The notes under the pieces: model-generated
Databases searched by the model: none
Told to the model about the DNA's origin: nothing
What the model saw: only the letters and a program-made list of their open reading frames with translations
In this document: positions 56,446 to 64,000 of the stretch, piece by piece
How the letters are laid out: each line of letters starts with the position of its first letter
Numbering within the stretch: position 1 is the first letter of the stretch
Translations under genes and position numbers: made by a program
NCBI GenBank assembly: GCA_041650395.1
Contig: JBAZLG010000003.1
Location: 310,917 to 374,916 of the forward strand
Length of the DNA: 64,000 nucleotides
Origin: Candidatus Micrarchaeia archaeon
GTDB lineage: Archaea > Micrarchaeota > Micrarchaeia > Anstonellales > VGKX01
Direction of reading: 5' to 3'

Positions 56446-56796
56446 TTACTGGCCCGAAGGCCTCTGCCCCAAAAAGCCTGTGCGGTTCCGGGCGCACAAA
56501 AGGGAGCCGTTTAGGTTCTGGCAGGTGCCTGTCATGTTGAAGCGCCCTGAATCCGCAGCGCATGAGTCGCCCGCGGATTTTCCATTGCATGCCTGCCCGA
56601 GGGCCTGCTGCATTGCCTGCCTTTGCGAATCGTCGAGGGCTCCTGTCCTGTTGCCTGAAAAGTCCCTGTTTCCGTCAGCCTGCCAATTGGCGCCCTTCTC
56701 GCCCTGGGGCTGGCTCGTGCAGCCCTGCGAGAGCACGATGAAGGCTATGAGGAGCACAAGCAGGAGCACGAGGAATTTCTCGAGGTTCTCGTTCAT
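56446..56796 (-). CDS. Small exported protein with a four-Cys domain
   Basis: Hydrophobic signal ending SQGC; ACNGKSAGDSC...GTC...LLC. Confidence 0.7.
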   Translation of the reverse strand: MNENLEKFLVLLLVLLIAFIVLSQGCTSQPQGEKGANWQADGNRDFSGNRTGALDDSQRQAMQQALGQACNGKSAGDSCAADSGRFNMTGTCQNLNGSLLCARNRTGFLGQRPSGQ

Positions 56797-56902
56797 GTCA
56801 TACACCCGTGGAGCAGCCCATAATCAAGAAAAGCCAGGGGGAAGGGCATGCGCAGCCGGATAAAAGATTAGGTGATCCATCCCCCTGGCTTAAAAAAATC
56901 CC

Positions 56903-57499
56903 TTACTGCCGGGACTCGCCGCCTTCGGCGGCCGGAGGGGGCATCCTGCCTTCAAATTCCCCGTGGCCAAGCCCCATGCCAATGCCTTCATGAAGCCCGG
57001 GCATTGTAGAGTTCAGCCCAAGCTCCTCGTGCAGTTGCCTCGAGAGCACGGCTATCTGCGAGTACGTGGCAAACGTTGTCTCATTGAGCTTGCCAAACAT
57101 AGGCCCGCCAAAGCCGTATTCCGAGTGCAGAGAGCTTGCGGCCGCATAGTCGCCTGAAAGCACGGCGTTCTGGAATTCCTCCATTGCCGTGGAGTTGAAA
57201 GTCCCGTTCATTGCTTCCCTGCCGCGCATTAAGCCCCTTGTCCCGTTGAAGGATTCGTTGCCCTCGAACCAGCACGCCCTGCCGGACGAGCCGTTTTGGG
57301 CCTGGCAGCCCATCTCAACCTCGCCGCGGGCAAACCCGTGCGGGTCTGTGAAATTCCCTGTGCCGTTGAAGGTCCAGTTGCCATGCGCCATTTCGCCTGG
57401 CATGCGAACGTCGAACCCGCGCCATCCGGAAGCGGCGAATGTCACGCCAACGGAGACCGCAAGCGCCAGCGCGAGCACGGCGATAAACGTCTTGTCCAT
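56903..57499 (-). CDS. Exported Gly/Met/His-rich hypothetical protein
   Basis: GAGGTGG RBS, signal peptide MDKTFIAVLALALAVSVGVTFA; short helical core. Confidence 0.72.
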   Translation of the reverse strand: MDKTFIAVLALALAVSVGVTFAASGWRGFDVRMPGEMAHGNWTFNGTGNFTDPHGFARGEVEMGCQAQNGSSGRACWFEGNESFNGTRGLMRGREAMNGTFNSTAMEEFQNAVLSGDYAAASSLHSEYGFGGPMFGKLNETTFATYSQIAVLSRQLHEELGLNSTMPGLHEGIGMGLGHGEFEGRMPPPAAEGGESRQ

Positions 57500-57547
57500 A
57501 TTCCCACCTCTAAAAAGCCGCATCACGCAGCGGCTCAAAGTAATACC

Positions 57548-57578
57548 AATGTAACCTTAATGTAAGAAAGTTTAAAAG
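57548..57578 (-). promoter_or_regulatory. TATA box plus shared 13-mer operator candidate (second copy)
   Basis: AATGTAACCTTAA at 57548-57560, TTTAAAA at 57571. Confidence 0.55.
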
Positions 57579-57672
57579 CCTTGCGAAATAGCACTGCCAT
57601 GCGGGAAAAACCCGAAAGGCACGCAAAGCAAAATAAGGCAGAGGGGCAAATGTGATAGAGGAAGCTGGTGCA

Positions 57673-58215
57673 ATGCTCGAACTTGTCCAAAGGATTTTTC
57701 TAATAGCAAAAGCAGACTTCACGGGAAAGTGCGCCCCGGACCTGAAGCTGGAGTCGGTTCTGGGGCTGGACCCTGGCTGGCTCGATTCAAACGGGATAAA
57801 ATGCGTCATTTTCGACGCAGACAATACCCTGTTCCCCCACCACGCCGGCAGGGCAGGCTCGAAAACCCTCGCATTCCTCAAAAGCCTTTCGAGAAAATAC
57901 AGGCTTGGGATTGCAAGCAACGCCCCGAATGAGGCGCGCGTGGCGCAGCTTGAAAATTATTTCAGGGCTAAGGGAGTGAAAATCGCAGTGAGCAGGGGAA
58001 AAGGCAAAAAGCCCCTGCCCGGGCAGTTCGAATACATTGCGAAAAAATTCAGCCTTAAGCCAGCCCAGTGCGCCATGGTAGGCGACAACCTGTTCACGGA
58101 CATAGCAGGCGCAAAACTTGCTGGGATGAAGGCCGTGAAGGTCAGGCCCTATGACCAAAAGTCGGAGCCATGGCACTTTGCATTCATGAGATTTTTAGAG
58201 AAGGCGCTGGAATAA
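57673..58215 (+). CDS. YqeG-like HAD-IIIA phosphatase
   Basis: IFDADNTL, IASN, KKP, MVGDNLFTDIAGA. Confidence 0.9.
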   Translation: MLELVQRIFLIAKADFTGKCAPDLKLESVLGLDPGWLDSNGIKCVIFDADNTLFPHHAGRAGSKTLAFLKSLSRKYRLGIASNAPNEARVAQLENYFRAKGVKIAVSRGKGKKPLPGQFEYIAKKFSLKPAQCAMVGDNLFTDIAGAKLAGMKAVKVRPYDQKSEPWHFAFMRFLEKALE

Positions 58216-58302
58216 GGCATAATAGGATGAGAAAAAGCCTGAAGAAGAAAAATAAAAAAAGGAAAAAAAAGAAAACTTTTTAGAAGAGCGATTTTTTGGA
58301 AA

Positions 58303-58515
58303 TCAGAACTTCTTGTGCTTCGGGAAGCAGTTCCTGCAGTATACAGGCCTGCCTTCTGTCGGCTTGAAAGGCACTTCGCACTCCTGGCCGCAGTCTGAAC
58401 ACACAGCCTTGTGCATTTCCCTGTCGCCGCCGCCGTAGCCGCCTCTGCTGCCGCCACCGTAGCCGCCCCTGCCGCCTCTTCCGCCGCCGTAATTGTCTCT
58501 GTCGTCGAAACTCAT
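58303..58515 (-). CDS. CxxC-x17-CxxC zinc-ribbon protein with RGG-rich N-terminus
   Basis: REMHKAVCSDCGQECEVPFKPTEGRPVYCRNCF; GGTGG RBS. Confidence 0.92.
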   Translation of the reverse strand: MSFDDRDNYGGGRGGRGGYGGGSRGGYGGGDREMHKAVCSDCGQECEVPFKPTEGRPVYCRNCFPKHKKF

Positions 58516-58670
58516 TCTTTCCACCTATTTATATTGGACATTAAATGTCCCTGTTAGGATGTAACCTGTGTAATTTATAATAGCCCCCAATGCGGCAAAA
58601 AACGCGTTTTTTGGGAAATTGCGACAATTTTGGGGGAAATTAAGAAGATAAAAGGAAAAAAAAGGAATGG

Positions 58671-58859
58671 CTAATCCCAGAAAATGTCCTCAATCCTGCA
58701 CTTGAACGTCTTTGCAAGCGCAAAGGCGAGTGTCAGGGACGGAAGGTATTTGCCATTCTCGATTGCGACTATAGTCTGCCGTGTGACACCCGTCTTTGTC
58801 GCCAGGTCGTCCTGGGTGAGCCTGTGCCTCGCCCTAAGTTCGCGCAGCTTGTTTTCCAT
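58671..58859 (-). CDS. XRE-family (HTH_3) transcriptional regulator
   Basis: LTQDDLA...GVTRQTI.AIENGKY.PSL.LAF.LA..F...IEDIF. Confidence 0.93.
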   Translation of the reverse strand: MENKLRELRARHRLTQDDLATKTGVTRQTIVAIENGKYLPSLTLAFALAKTFKCRIEDIFWD

Positions 58860-58881
58860 GGTTGCACCGGTTCAAGACAAT

Positions 58882-59310
58882 TCAGGACTGGCGCTCAAGG
58901 TATATCAGGGTAAAGCCCTTTGCCGCCGCCATCCCAAGCCCCACCACTATGAGTGGAAGCAGGAGGGGCTCTAAAGCTTCCGGCTTTACAGCCAGCGAGA
59001 GGTAGAAGCCGTAAACCACCAGCCCGACAACAGCTACAAATGCGGAGTTCCTCTCGGCAAGCGCCTGGTGCATCTGCTCGCGCTCGTCAAGCCCCGAATA
59101 GACCTGCGTCATTATGTGCAGTACGTCTATCAGGAGGATGCCGATTGCCAGCGCGGAGAGGCCAAGCCTTATGTCAAGAGGCATTGGCAATGCGTTAATC
59201 ACAAGCACAATGGCAACGAACACGAGTATGTACGCAATACCCTGCCATGTGTTGACGCCGAGGCCCCAACCGAATTTTCTAGGAGTAAACCATTTTGGAT
59301 TTCCGAACAT
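58882..59310 (-). CDS. Membrane protein (DUF2178-like 'DER' motif), upstream of the XRE regulator
   Basis: Four TM helices; WF..RKFGWG N-terminus and LDERE motif. Confidence 0.75.
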   Translation of the reverse strand: MFGNPKWFTPRKFGWGLGVNTWQGIAYILVFVAIVLVINALPMPLDIRLGLSALAIGILLIDVLHIMTQVYSGLDEREQMHQALAERNSAFVAVVGLVVYGFYLSLAVKPEALEPLLLPLIVVGLGMAAAKGFTLIYLERQS

Positions 59311-59322
59311 GCTGATCACCAA

Positions 59323-59359
59323 GTATAGTTTATTTGACATAAAGTATATAAAACTATAC
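59323..59359. promoter_or_regulatory. Tandem 16 bp imperfect palindromes, likely XRE auto-operators
   Basis: GTATAGTTTATTTGAC (59323-59338) and GTATATAAAACTATAC (59344-59359) just upstream of the membrane protein-XRE operon. Confidence 0.65.
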
Positions 59360-59431
59360 ATTACACCCGCCCCTCCGGGGCAGAAGGCGAGAACGGTGTT
59401 AGTTTATATAATTTTGTGGCGAAAGAAAATC

Positions 59432-60526
59432 ATGCAAAACGCTCAAATGCTTAGCCCAAGGCAGGCTGTTGTGAGGCAGGTTTCATCAGGCGGAAAAATC
59501 ACTGTGCCGCAGAAGGAGATAGACGCCAAGGTGAAAACACTTCTCGAGATAAGGCCGCTTGTGCGCACCACTGAAGATGAAAAGCTCATCATAGCTTCTG
59601 CCACAAATGCCGCGTTTGTAAGCTATTGGGATAAAATGGGCGGCCTGGCGAACAGGATAATCGACGGCGACACAGCACTCACAGGCAAGCCGGATTTGGA
59701 CATTGGGCAGAGGCGGGAGCTGGTAGCAAGCGCTTTTTCCGACTGGGAGGGTTCCAAAACAAAATTCGAGTGCAAATGCGACAAGAATCAATGTTCCAAA
59801 AGGATTACATTTGAGAAATACCGCACGCTTTCTGATTACAATGGCAAGGAAGGAGTGGACATTGCCGGCGCAGTCGCCATCTCATGCAAAAACGACGGCT
59901 TCCCGGCAAGGATACTCGAAGTAGGCGCCGGCGACTCAAACACTCTCCATGAATTGAAAGGGCAGTTCGGGGACAGGATAGAAACCCACGCGCTCGGCCT
60001 TTTCGAGGAGCCGCATGCCCCGGTGGACGCGCACCACTCGCTAAGCGCGGAGTTTTACCCAGCGGAATTCTCCAAAAAGTTTGACATGATATTCTCGTTT
60101 TATACTATGGGCTATCTCGCCCTCCCGCATCTGGGGCTTAGAAACATAGCGCATTCGCTTTCTGATGGAGGCAAGGCCATTGTGCATTTTGCGCTTGGAG
60201 ACTTGAAGTCGGGCAATGATGAAAAGGGCCTGGCGGGCATGCTTGAAAGCCACCTTAAGGAATACCTCGGCATGATTACCGACGGGAAATCGGTAATAGC
60301 CAATTATTATGGCGAGCTTGTTACAGGGTTCATGCGCCTGGAAAACCTGTCGCCTGGCACTCTATTTGAAAAGGCGAGCAACGTATACAGGGCCGCAGCA
60401 TGGGCATGCGAACTTGGGCTCATTGGCGCATCAACGAGATTCAAGCTCGAGATAAACAGAATCCAAAAGGACAAGTTTGGCGACTACCCAGACATAGTCA
60501 CGATAGAAAGGCGCAAGGAATCCTGA
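59432..60526 (+). CDS. Class I SAM-dependent methyltransferase-like protein
   Basis: RILEVGAG, FDMIFS.Y...Y...P..GL.NI...LSDGG.A; likely start ATG 59432. Confidence 0.75.
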   Translation: MQNAQMLSPRQAVVRQVSSGGKITVPQKEIDAKVKTLLEIRPLVRTTEDEKLIIASATNAAFVSYWDKMGGLANRIIDGDTALTGKPDLDIGQRRELVASAFSDWEGSKTKFECKCDKNQCSKRITFEKYRTLSDYNGKEGVDIAGAVAISCKNDGFPARILEVGAGDSNTLHELKGQFGDRIETHALGLFEEPHAPVDAHHSLSAEFYPAEFSKKFDMIFSFYTMGYLALPHLGLRNIAHSLSDGGKAIVHFALGDLKSGNDEKGLAGMLESHLKEYLGMITDGKSVIANYYGELVTGFMRLENLSPGTLFEKASNVYRAAAWACELGLIGASTRFKLEINRIQKDKFGDYPDIVTIERRKES

Positions 60527-60587
60527 AGAAAAAGCATGTTGGGGGCAAAACGCCCCGCATCTATGCCATCCGTGTTTTCCCTGGCAA

Positions 60588-60875
60588 TCACATGCCAAGG
60601 AATTTCATTGCCCCGAACACGAGGTATGCCGGCCAGAATATTGCCTTAAACACCCCGACCACTCCCATCCAAAGGCTTGTGGCCGTAGTCAGGAAATATA
60701 CCAAAGCGCCAATGAAGCCCAGGATATAAACCGCGCTTGCGCCCCCATGGTTGGATGTAGGCCCTTTGAAGTTCCATCCCTTGTAACAGCCGTCCTTGCT
60801 TTCCTTCTCTATCTTTGCACCGATTGCCTTTCCGATGCTCTCCCATGACTGCTCCTTTGCCGGCGTTTTTTTCAT
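60588..60875 (-). CDS. Small membrane protein
   Basis: VYILGFIGALVYFL...LWMGVVGVFKAIFWPAYLVF two-helix motif; GGTGA RBS. Confidence 0.78.
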   Translation of the reverse strand: MKKTPAKEQSWESIGKAIGAKIEKESKDGCYKGWNFKGPTSNHGGASAVYILGFIGALVYFLTTATSLWMGVVGVFKAIFWPAYLVFGAMKFLGM

Positions 60876-61011
60876 ATTTTTTCACCACTTGGTATAAGGA
60901 TGGTTCCATTTGTTTATATTTCTTTTTCCGGCAGGGCCAAGCTGCCCGCCCGGGTTGATAAAACCGCATCAGACCGCCCGCTACAACCGATTTTGCCAAG
61001 AATTGCTTTTT

Positions 61012-62592
61012 TCAGTTCCTGCTGTTGAATGCAAATTCTATGAGGCTTGCCCTTATCTCAAGCAGTTGCCTCATTTTCCCGTCAAGGGCAGATGCAACAG
61101 AGAGCAGGTAGCATTCTATTGCATTTTCAAATTGTTTGGCTTTATAGAAGTTTTCCGCAGCTTCCAGATAATACTGCGAGTGCACGCTCTCGCCGCACAG
61201 GGGCACGACATATTGAAGCCACATGCCTGCCTCGCCATGCCTGCCTTCGGCCTCAAGCTCTCTTGAGTAATTAATGCCATTTGAGGCTATTTTGATATTG
61301 CAAATCGCCTTTACTTGCGGGACTTGAGTCAAGTTCTCCGCCTGCGAGTACATTGAAATTATGTCTTCATAGCGGCCTTCTGATTCAAGGTAAGCCTGAA
61401 TGCCAACGAGCATTTTCAATCCAGAATTTGCAAGCTCTTCGGCTTCCTGGCTGCTCATTGCATGGTTTCCTGCCTTCAACAATGAAAACGCGGAATCCAG
61501 GTCATTATTGCTTCTGGCAAAATAGTCCGCCGCCTTGAGGTGGTACGCCTTTTTTATGTCATTCTCAATTGCGGTTTCAGCGCCTGCATTGTACAACTTT
61601 CCAAGCCTTTCAAGCAGCCATTCAAGTGCGGGTGCCGGGCGGTTTTTCACGTATTCAGATTCTGCCTGCTTGAAATTCGACTCTGCCTGTGCCTCGTATT
61701 TGAAAGCTCTGTCCTTGCTGTTTGTGGCAAGGCTCGCGTAATGATAAGCCACACCCGCCTCTTCAGGCTTTTTTGCAAGTGCATAATGCCTGCCAGCCAA
61801 TGCAAAATAGTATTCTTTTTTCTCGCTGTCGTCTGTTGCCAGGCCCGCCTTCATGTATGACTCCGCAGCCAGGCGGTTCTGGACACTGCTTCCATAGCCT
61901 GTCCCCTGGCTGTAATGCTTTCCTGCCAGGGCATTGCATTTCTCAATTGCCGCGGGCTCTTCTGACAATTTCGCCATTTCCTCGTACGCATTGCCGAGAT
62001 AATCGCTGTTTTTGCAATTGCCGCCAATAACTTTTTTGAGAAGGCTTATTTTTTCAATTTTGCCTTCGGTTTTTTCTGCCGCCCGCAAGTACATGAAATA
62101 TGCCAGTTCGTCTCCGTTTTTTTCAAGTATGTCTCCCATCCTGGCAAGGTAACTGGGCGTTTCCTTCCCTTTCCATGCAGCGCAGGAAGTTGCATACTCG
62201 AAACCGTTTAGCATCTTGTTTATGCTGCCTGCGATTATGGCCTCCTCGCCTCCAAGTGCATAGCTCTTTTCCGCCTTTTCAAAATAGTGCGATTTTTTTT
62301 CCGGTTCTGACGCCGTATTTCCGGCATCCTGGTATGCGCGCCCCGCGTCGCGGTAGCATTCCGAGGCATTCAGGTGGTCGTCTGCTTTCAGGTAATAATG
62401 CGCAGCCTTCTGAAAATGATTGGCGCAAGTGTCGTCTTCTTTGGTGCGCCTGCCTTTGATTTCGTGGTATTTCGCCTTTGGGACGTTTAGCAACTTGGAG
62501 AGGAAAACAAGTTCTGCGCCCTTTTGCCTGCCGCTTGCCTTGGCCTCTGCACTTTGGGCCTGGGCTGGCATTTTGCATTCTGCGGGTTTCAT
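61012..62592 (-). CDS. Alpha-solenoid (alpha-SNAP/TPR-like) repeat protein
   Basis: Recurrent A..Y..A(A/G)..Y helices (ANHFQKAAHYYLK...NASECYRDAGRAY; AAENFYKAKQFENAIECY). Confidence 0.72.
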   Translation of the reverse strand: MKPAECKMPAQAQSAEAKASGRQKGAELVFLSKLLNVPKAKYHEIKGRRTKEDDTCANHFQKAAHYYLKADDHLNASECYRDAGRAYQDAGNTASEPEKKSHYFEKAEKSYALGGEEAIIAGSINKMLNGFEYATSCAAWKGKETPSYLARMGDILEKNGDELAYFMYLRAAEKTEGKIEKISLLKKVIGGNCKNSDYLGNAYEEMAKLSEEPAAIEKCNALAGKHYSQGTGYGSSVQNRLAAESYMKAGLATDDSEKKEYYFALAGRHYALAKKPEEAGVAYHYASLATNSKDRAFKYEAQAESNFKQAESEYVKNRPAPALEWLLERLGKLYNAGAETAIENDIKKAYHLKAADYFARSNNDLDSAFSLLKAGNHAMSSQEAEELANSGLKMLVGIQAYLESEGRYEDIISMYSQAENLTQVPQVKAICNIKIASNGINYSRELEAEGRHGEAGMWLQYVVPLCGESVHSQYYLEAAENFYKAKQFENAIECYLLSVASALDGKMRQLLEIRASLIEFAFNSRN

Positions 62593-62755
62593 GCAAATAT
62601 ATGGTAATTAGTGTTTAAAAATGCATTGGTATCGGGCAATACCCCATGCCTTGCACAAGCCAGCCAAATGGGGTTTTACGGCGTTTAATTATGGCGGAAA
62701 TCTTTAAATATGAGCTTTTTGGTAACATTAAAGCGAGCGCATGGAGGCGGGTAAT

Positions 62756-63367
62756 ATGAGAAAACTGGTTGTGCTGACTTTCATAAGCCTTGACGGAGTG
62801 ATGCAGGCGCCTGGCGGACCTGAAGAGGATACCACCGGCGGCTTCAAGTACGGAGGCTGGACTTTCCCCTACTTTGACGATTTTGGGAATAAGGTGATGG
62901 GAAAGCAGATGGGGCATAAATTTGATTTGCTTCTTGGCAGGAAAACCTACGAGATATTTGCAGGCTACTGGCCCAATGCAAAGCCCGAGCAGAAGGCAAT
63001 TGCAGATCCGTTGAACAACGCGAAGAAATACGTTGCATCAAGGACGTTGAAGAAGCTTGAGTGGAAAAATTCCGAGCTTCTCAAAGGCGATGTCGCGCAG
63101 GCAGTCAGGAAAATAAAGGAACAGGACGGGCCTGAAATACAGGTCCATGGCAGTGGCGACCTTATCCAGACGCTTCTGAAAAACGACTTGGTGGACGAGC
63201 TTTGGCTGAAAATATTTCCTGTCACTTTGGGCAGCGGCAAGCGGCTGTTTGCACAAGGCACCATACCTGCGGGTTTCAAGCTAATTGAAAGCTCGGTTTC
63301 CCCAAGCGGGGTGATATTTGCGTCTTACGCACGAGCAGGTGCGGTAAAGACAGGCTCGTTTGCCTAA
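62756..63367 (+). CDS. Dihydrofolate reductase / RibD C-terminal family protein
   Basis: SLDGVMQAPG, LLLGRKTYE.FA.YW, KYVASRTL, GSG.L...LVDE.....PV.LG.GKRLF. Confidence 0.93.
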   Translation: MRKLVVLTFISLDGVMQAPGGPEEDTTGGFKYGGWTFPYFDDFGNKVMGKQMGHKFDLLLGRKTYEIFAGYWPNAKPEQKAIADPLNNAKKYVASRTLKKLEWKNSELLKGDVAQAVRKIKEQDGPEIQVHGSGDLIQTLLKNDLVDELWLKIFPVTLGSGKRLFAQGTIPAGFKLIESSVSPSGVIFASYARAGAVKTGSFA

Positions 63368-63465
63368 ATGAACAGGCTTTCACTTTCGGCAAACTTCTCA
63401 AAAAAGAAGGGTTAAAGTGATAAAAGCGGCAACAGCGGAAGGATTTTTCAGCGCATATCCCAAAC

Positions 63466-63645
63466 ATGCCCGTGTAGCTAAGGCAAGCAAAAACGCATCT
63501 ACTTGTCGCAAGCGACAAGTCAGTCGTAATTCTTGCGAATTACTCCTTCTACTTGCCCTGTCGGGCAAGTCTGCAAAAATGTTATTTTTGCATCAGACCG
63601 TCCGCTAGGCTCTCGTTAGTCTGCCTGAGCGCCACACACAGGTCA
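63466..63645 (-). ncRNA. Unclassified structured element (candidate ncRNA or non-autonomous palindromic mobile element)
   Basis: Four perfect hairpins (63501-63520, 63526-63543, 63551-63570, 63572-63592) enclosed by a long terminal stem (63466-63486 with 63621-63646) that uses G-U pairs only on the minus strand. Confidence 0.6.
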
Positions 63646-63670
63646 TTTCCGCGGAAACAGGGCGCCATCT

Positions 63671-64000
63671 TCATTTGAATAGGGCATCCCTCAGCTCTTT
63701 CTTCAACTTCAGAAGGTTCGTCTTCCCGACCTGCTCCTTTACCAAAACGCCGCGCCTGACGAGCTTTTCCACCGTGCGGTGGGTCTTCACTTTGCCAAGC
63801 CCCTCGAGCCGGGAAACGCTCGCCTGCATGGCCTGGCCCCCGCCCTCCAGGATTTTCTCAAGAACCTTGGATTCATCCGCGCCCAACACCGAAAGAAATG
63901 CCTTTTTCCTGTCGATGTGCGGGCCTGGAACGTCTATTTTCTTCTCAAAGTAAAGGTAGGCCGCCATCACTCCGAAAACAAAGCCCAAGAGGACGAACGC
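63671..64000 (-). CDS. Membrane-anchored winged-HTH protein (5' truncated by the window)
   Basis: TM helix, then L..DE.KVL.....GG...Q......GL.KVKTHR.V..L..RGV..KE..GKTN.L.L. Confidence 0.8.
   Translation of the reverse strand, partial: AFVLLGFVFGVMAAYLYFEKKIDVPGPHIDRKKAFLSVLGADESKVLEKILEGGGQAMQASVSRLEGLGKVKTHRTVEKLVRRGVLVKEQVGKTNLLKLKKELRDALFK

Noticed and set aside
59114..59431. N-terminal extension of the 470 aa ORF
   Set aside because: Overlaps the opposite-strand membrane gene and its operators; ATG 59432 behind a TTTATATAA box is the more plausible start.
63498..63595. Mini CRISPR array
   Set aside because: Only two non-identical repeat units, the 'spacers' are themselves palindromes, and no cas genes are present.
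63468..63667. tRNA gene (starts GCCCGTGTAGCT, with CAGGGCGCCA downstream)
   Set aside because: No D-loop/anticodon arm or TTCRA T-loop at valid spacing; acceptor pairing needs a bulge; the sequence pairs better as the closing stem of the multi-hairpin element.
1..64000. Avoidance of CTGCAG as evidence for RM specificity
   Set aside because: About ten CTGCAG sites are visible by eye (e.g. 3045, 8824, 37981, 48975), so no clear depletion; a proper count against a Markov model was not possible.

Overview
Chromosomal segment of a GC-rich archaeon, most likely DPANN and probably Micrarchaeota (inferred from eL15, Pop5/Rpp30, archaeal-type ProRS, TATA promoters, 'LLFGC'-type lipoproteins and VirB2-like pilin domains). 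Housekeeping and metabolic genes: proS, rpl15e, RNase P proteins, rtcB, mutS-mutL, ROK kinase, pgi, glycogen debranching enzyme, a SerK-like kinase, a ferredoxin, two MscS and mntP. Notable accessory content: (1) a 15.5 kb three-gene surface cluster ending in a 4050 aa membrane-anchored Ig-repeat protein, whose three proteins are linked by shared unnamed domains and which shows nested domain insertions; (2) a low-GC island with a BsuBI/PstI-type restriction-modification pair; (3) two tandem pilin-like proteins fused to about 550-600 aa cysteine-rich tails, with mosaic near-identical DNA blocks; (4) a trimeric group A [FeFe]-hydrogenase whose minimal NuoF-like subunit has non-bifurcating signatures and an unusual GEKT substitution that may indicate NADP(H) use; (5) an unexplained ~180 nt multi-hairpin element near the right end; (6) a candidate eL15 leader RNA and two small ORFs below the ORF-track cutoff. 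No rRNA, tRNA, CRISPR array, transposase or integrase was recognised. All family calls come from reading motifs by eye; no database search was run.
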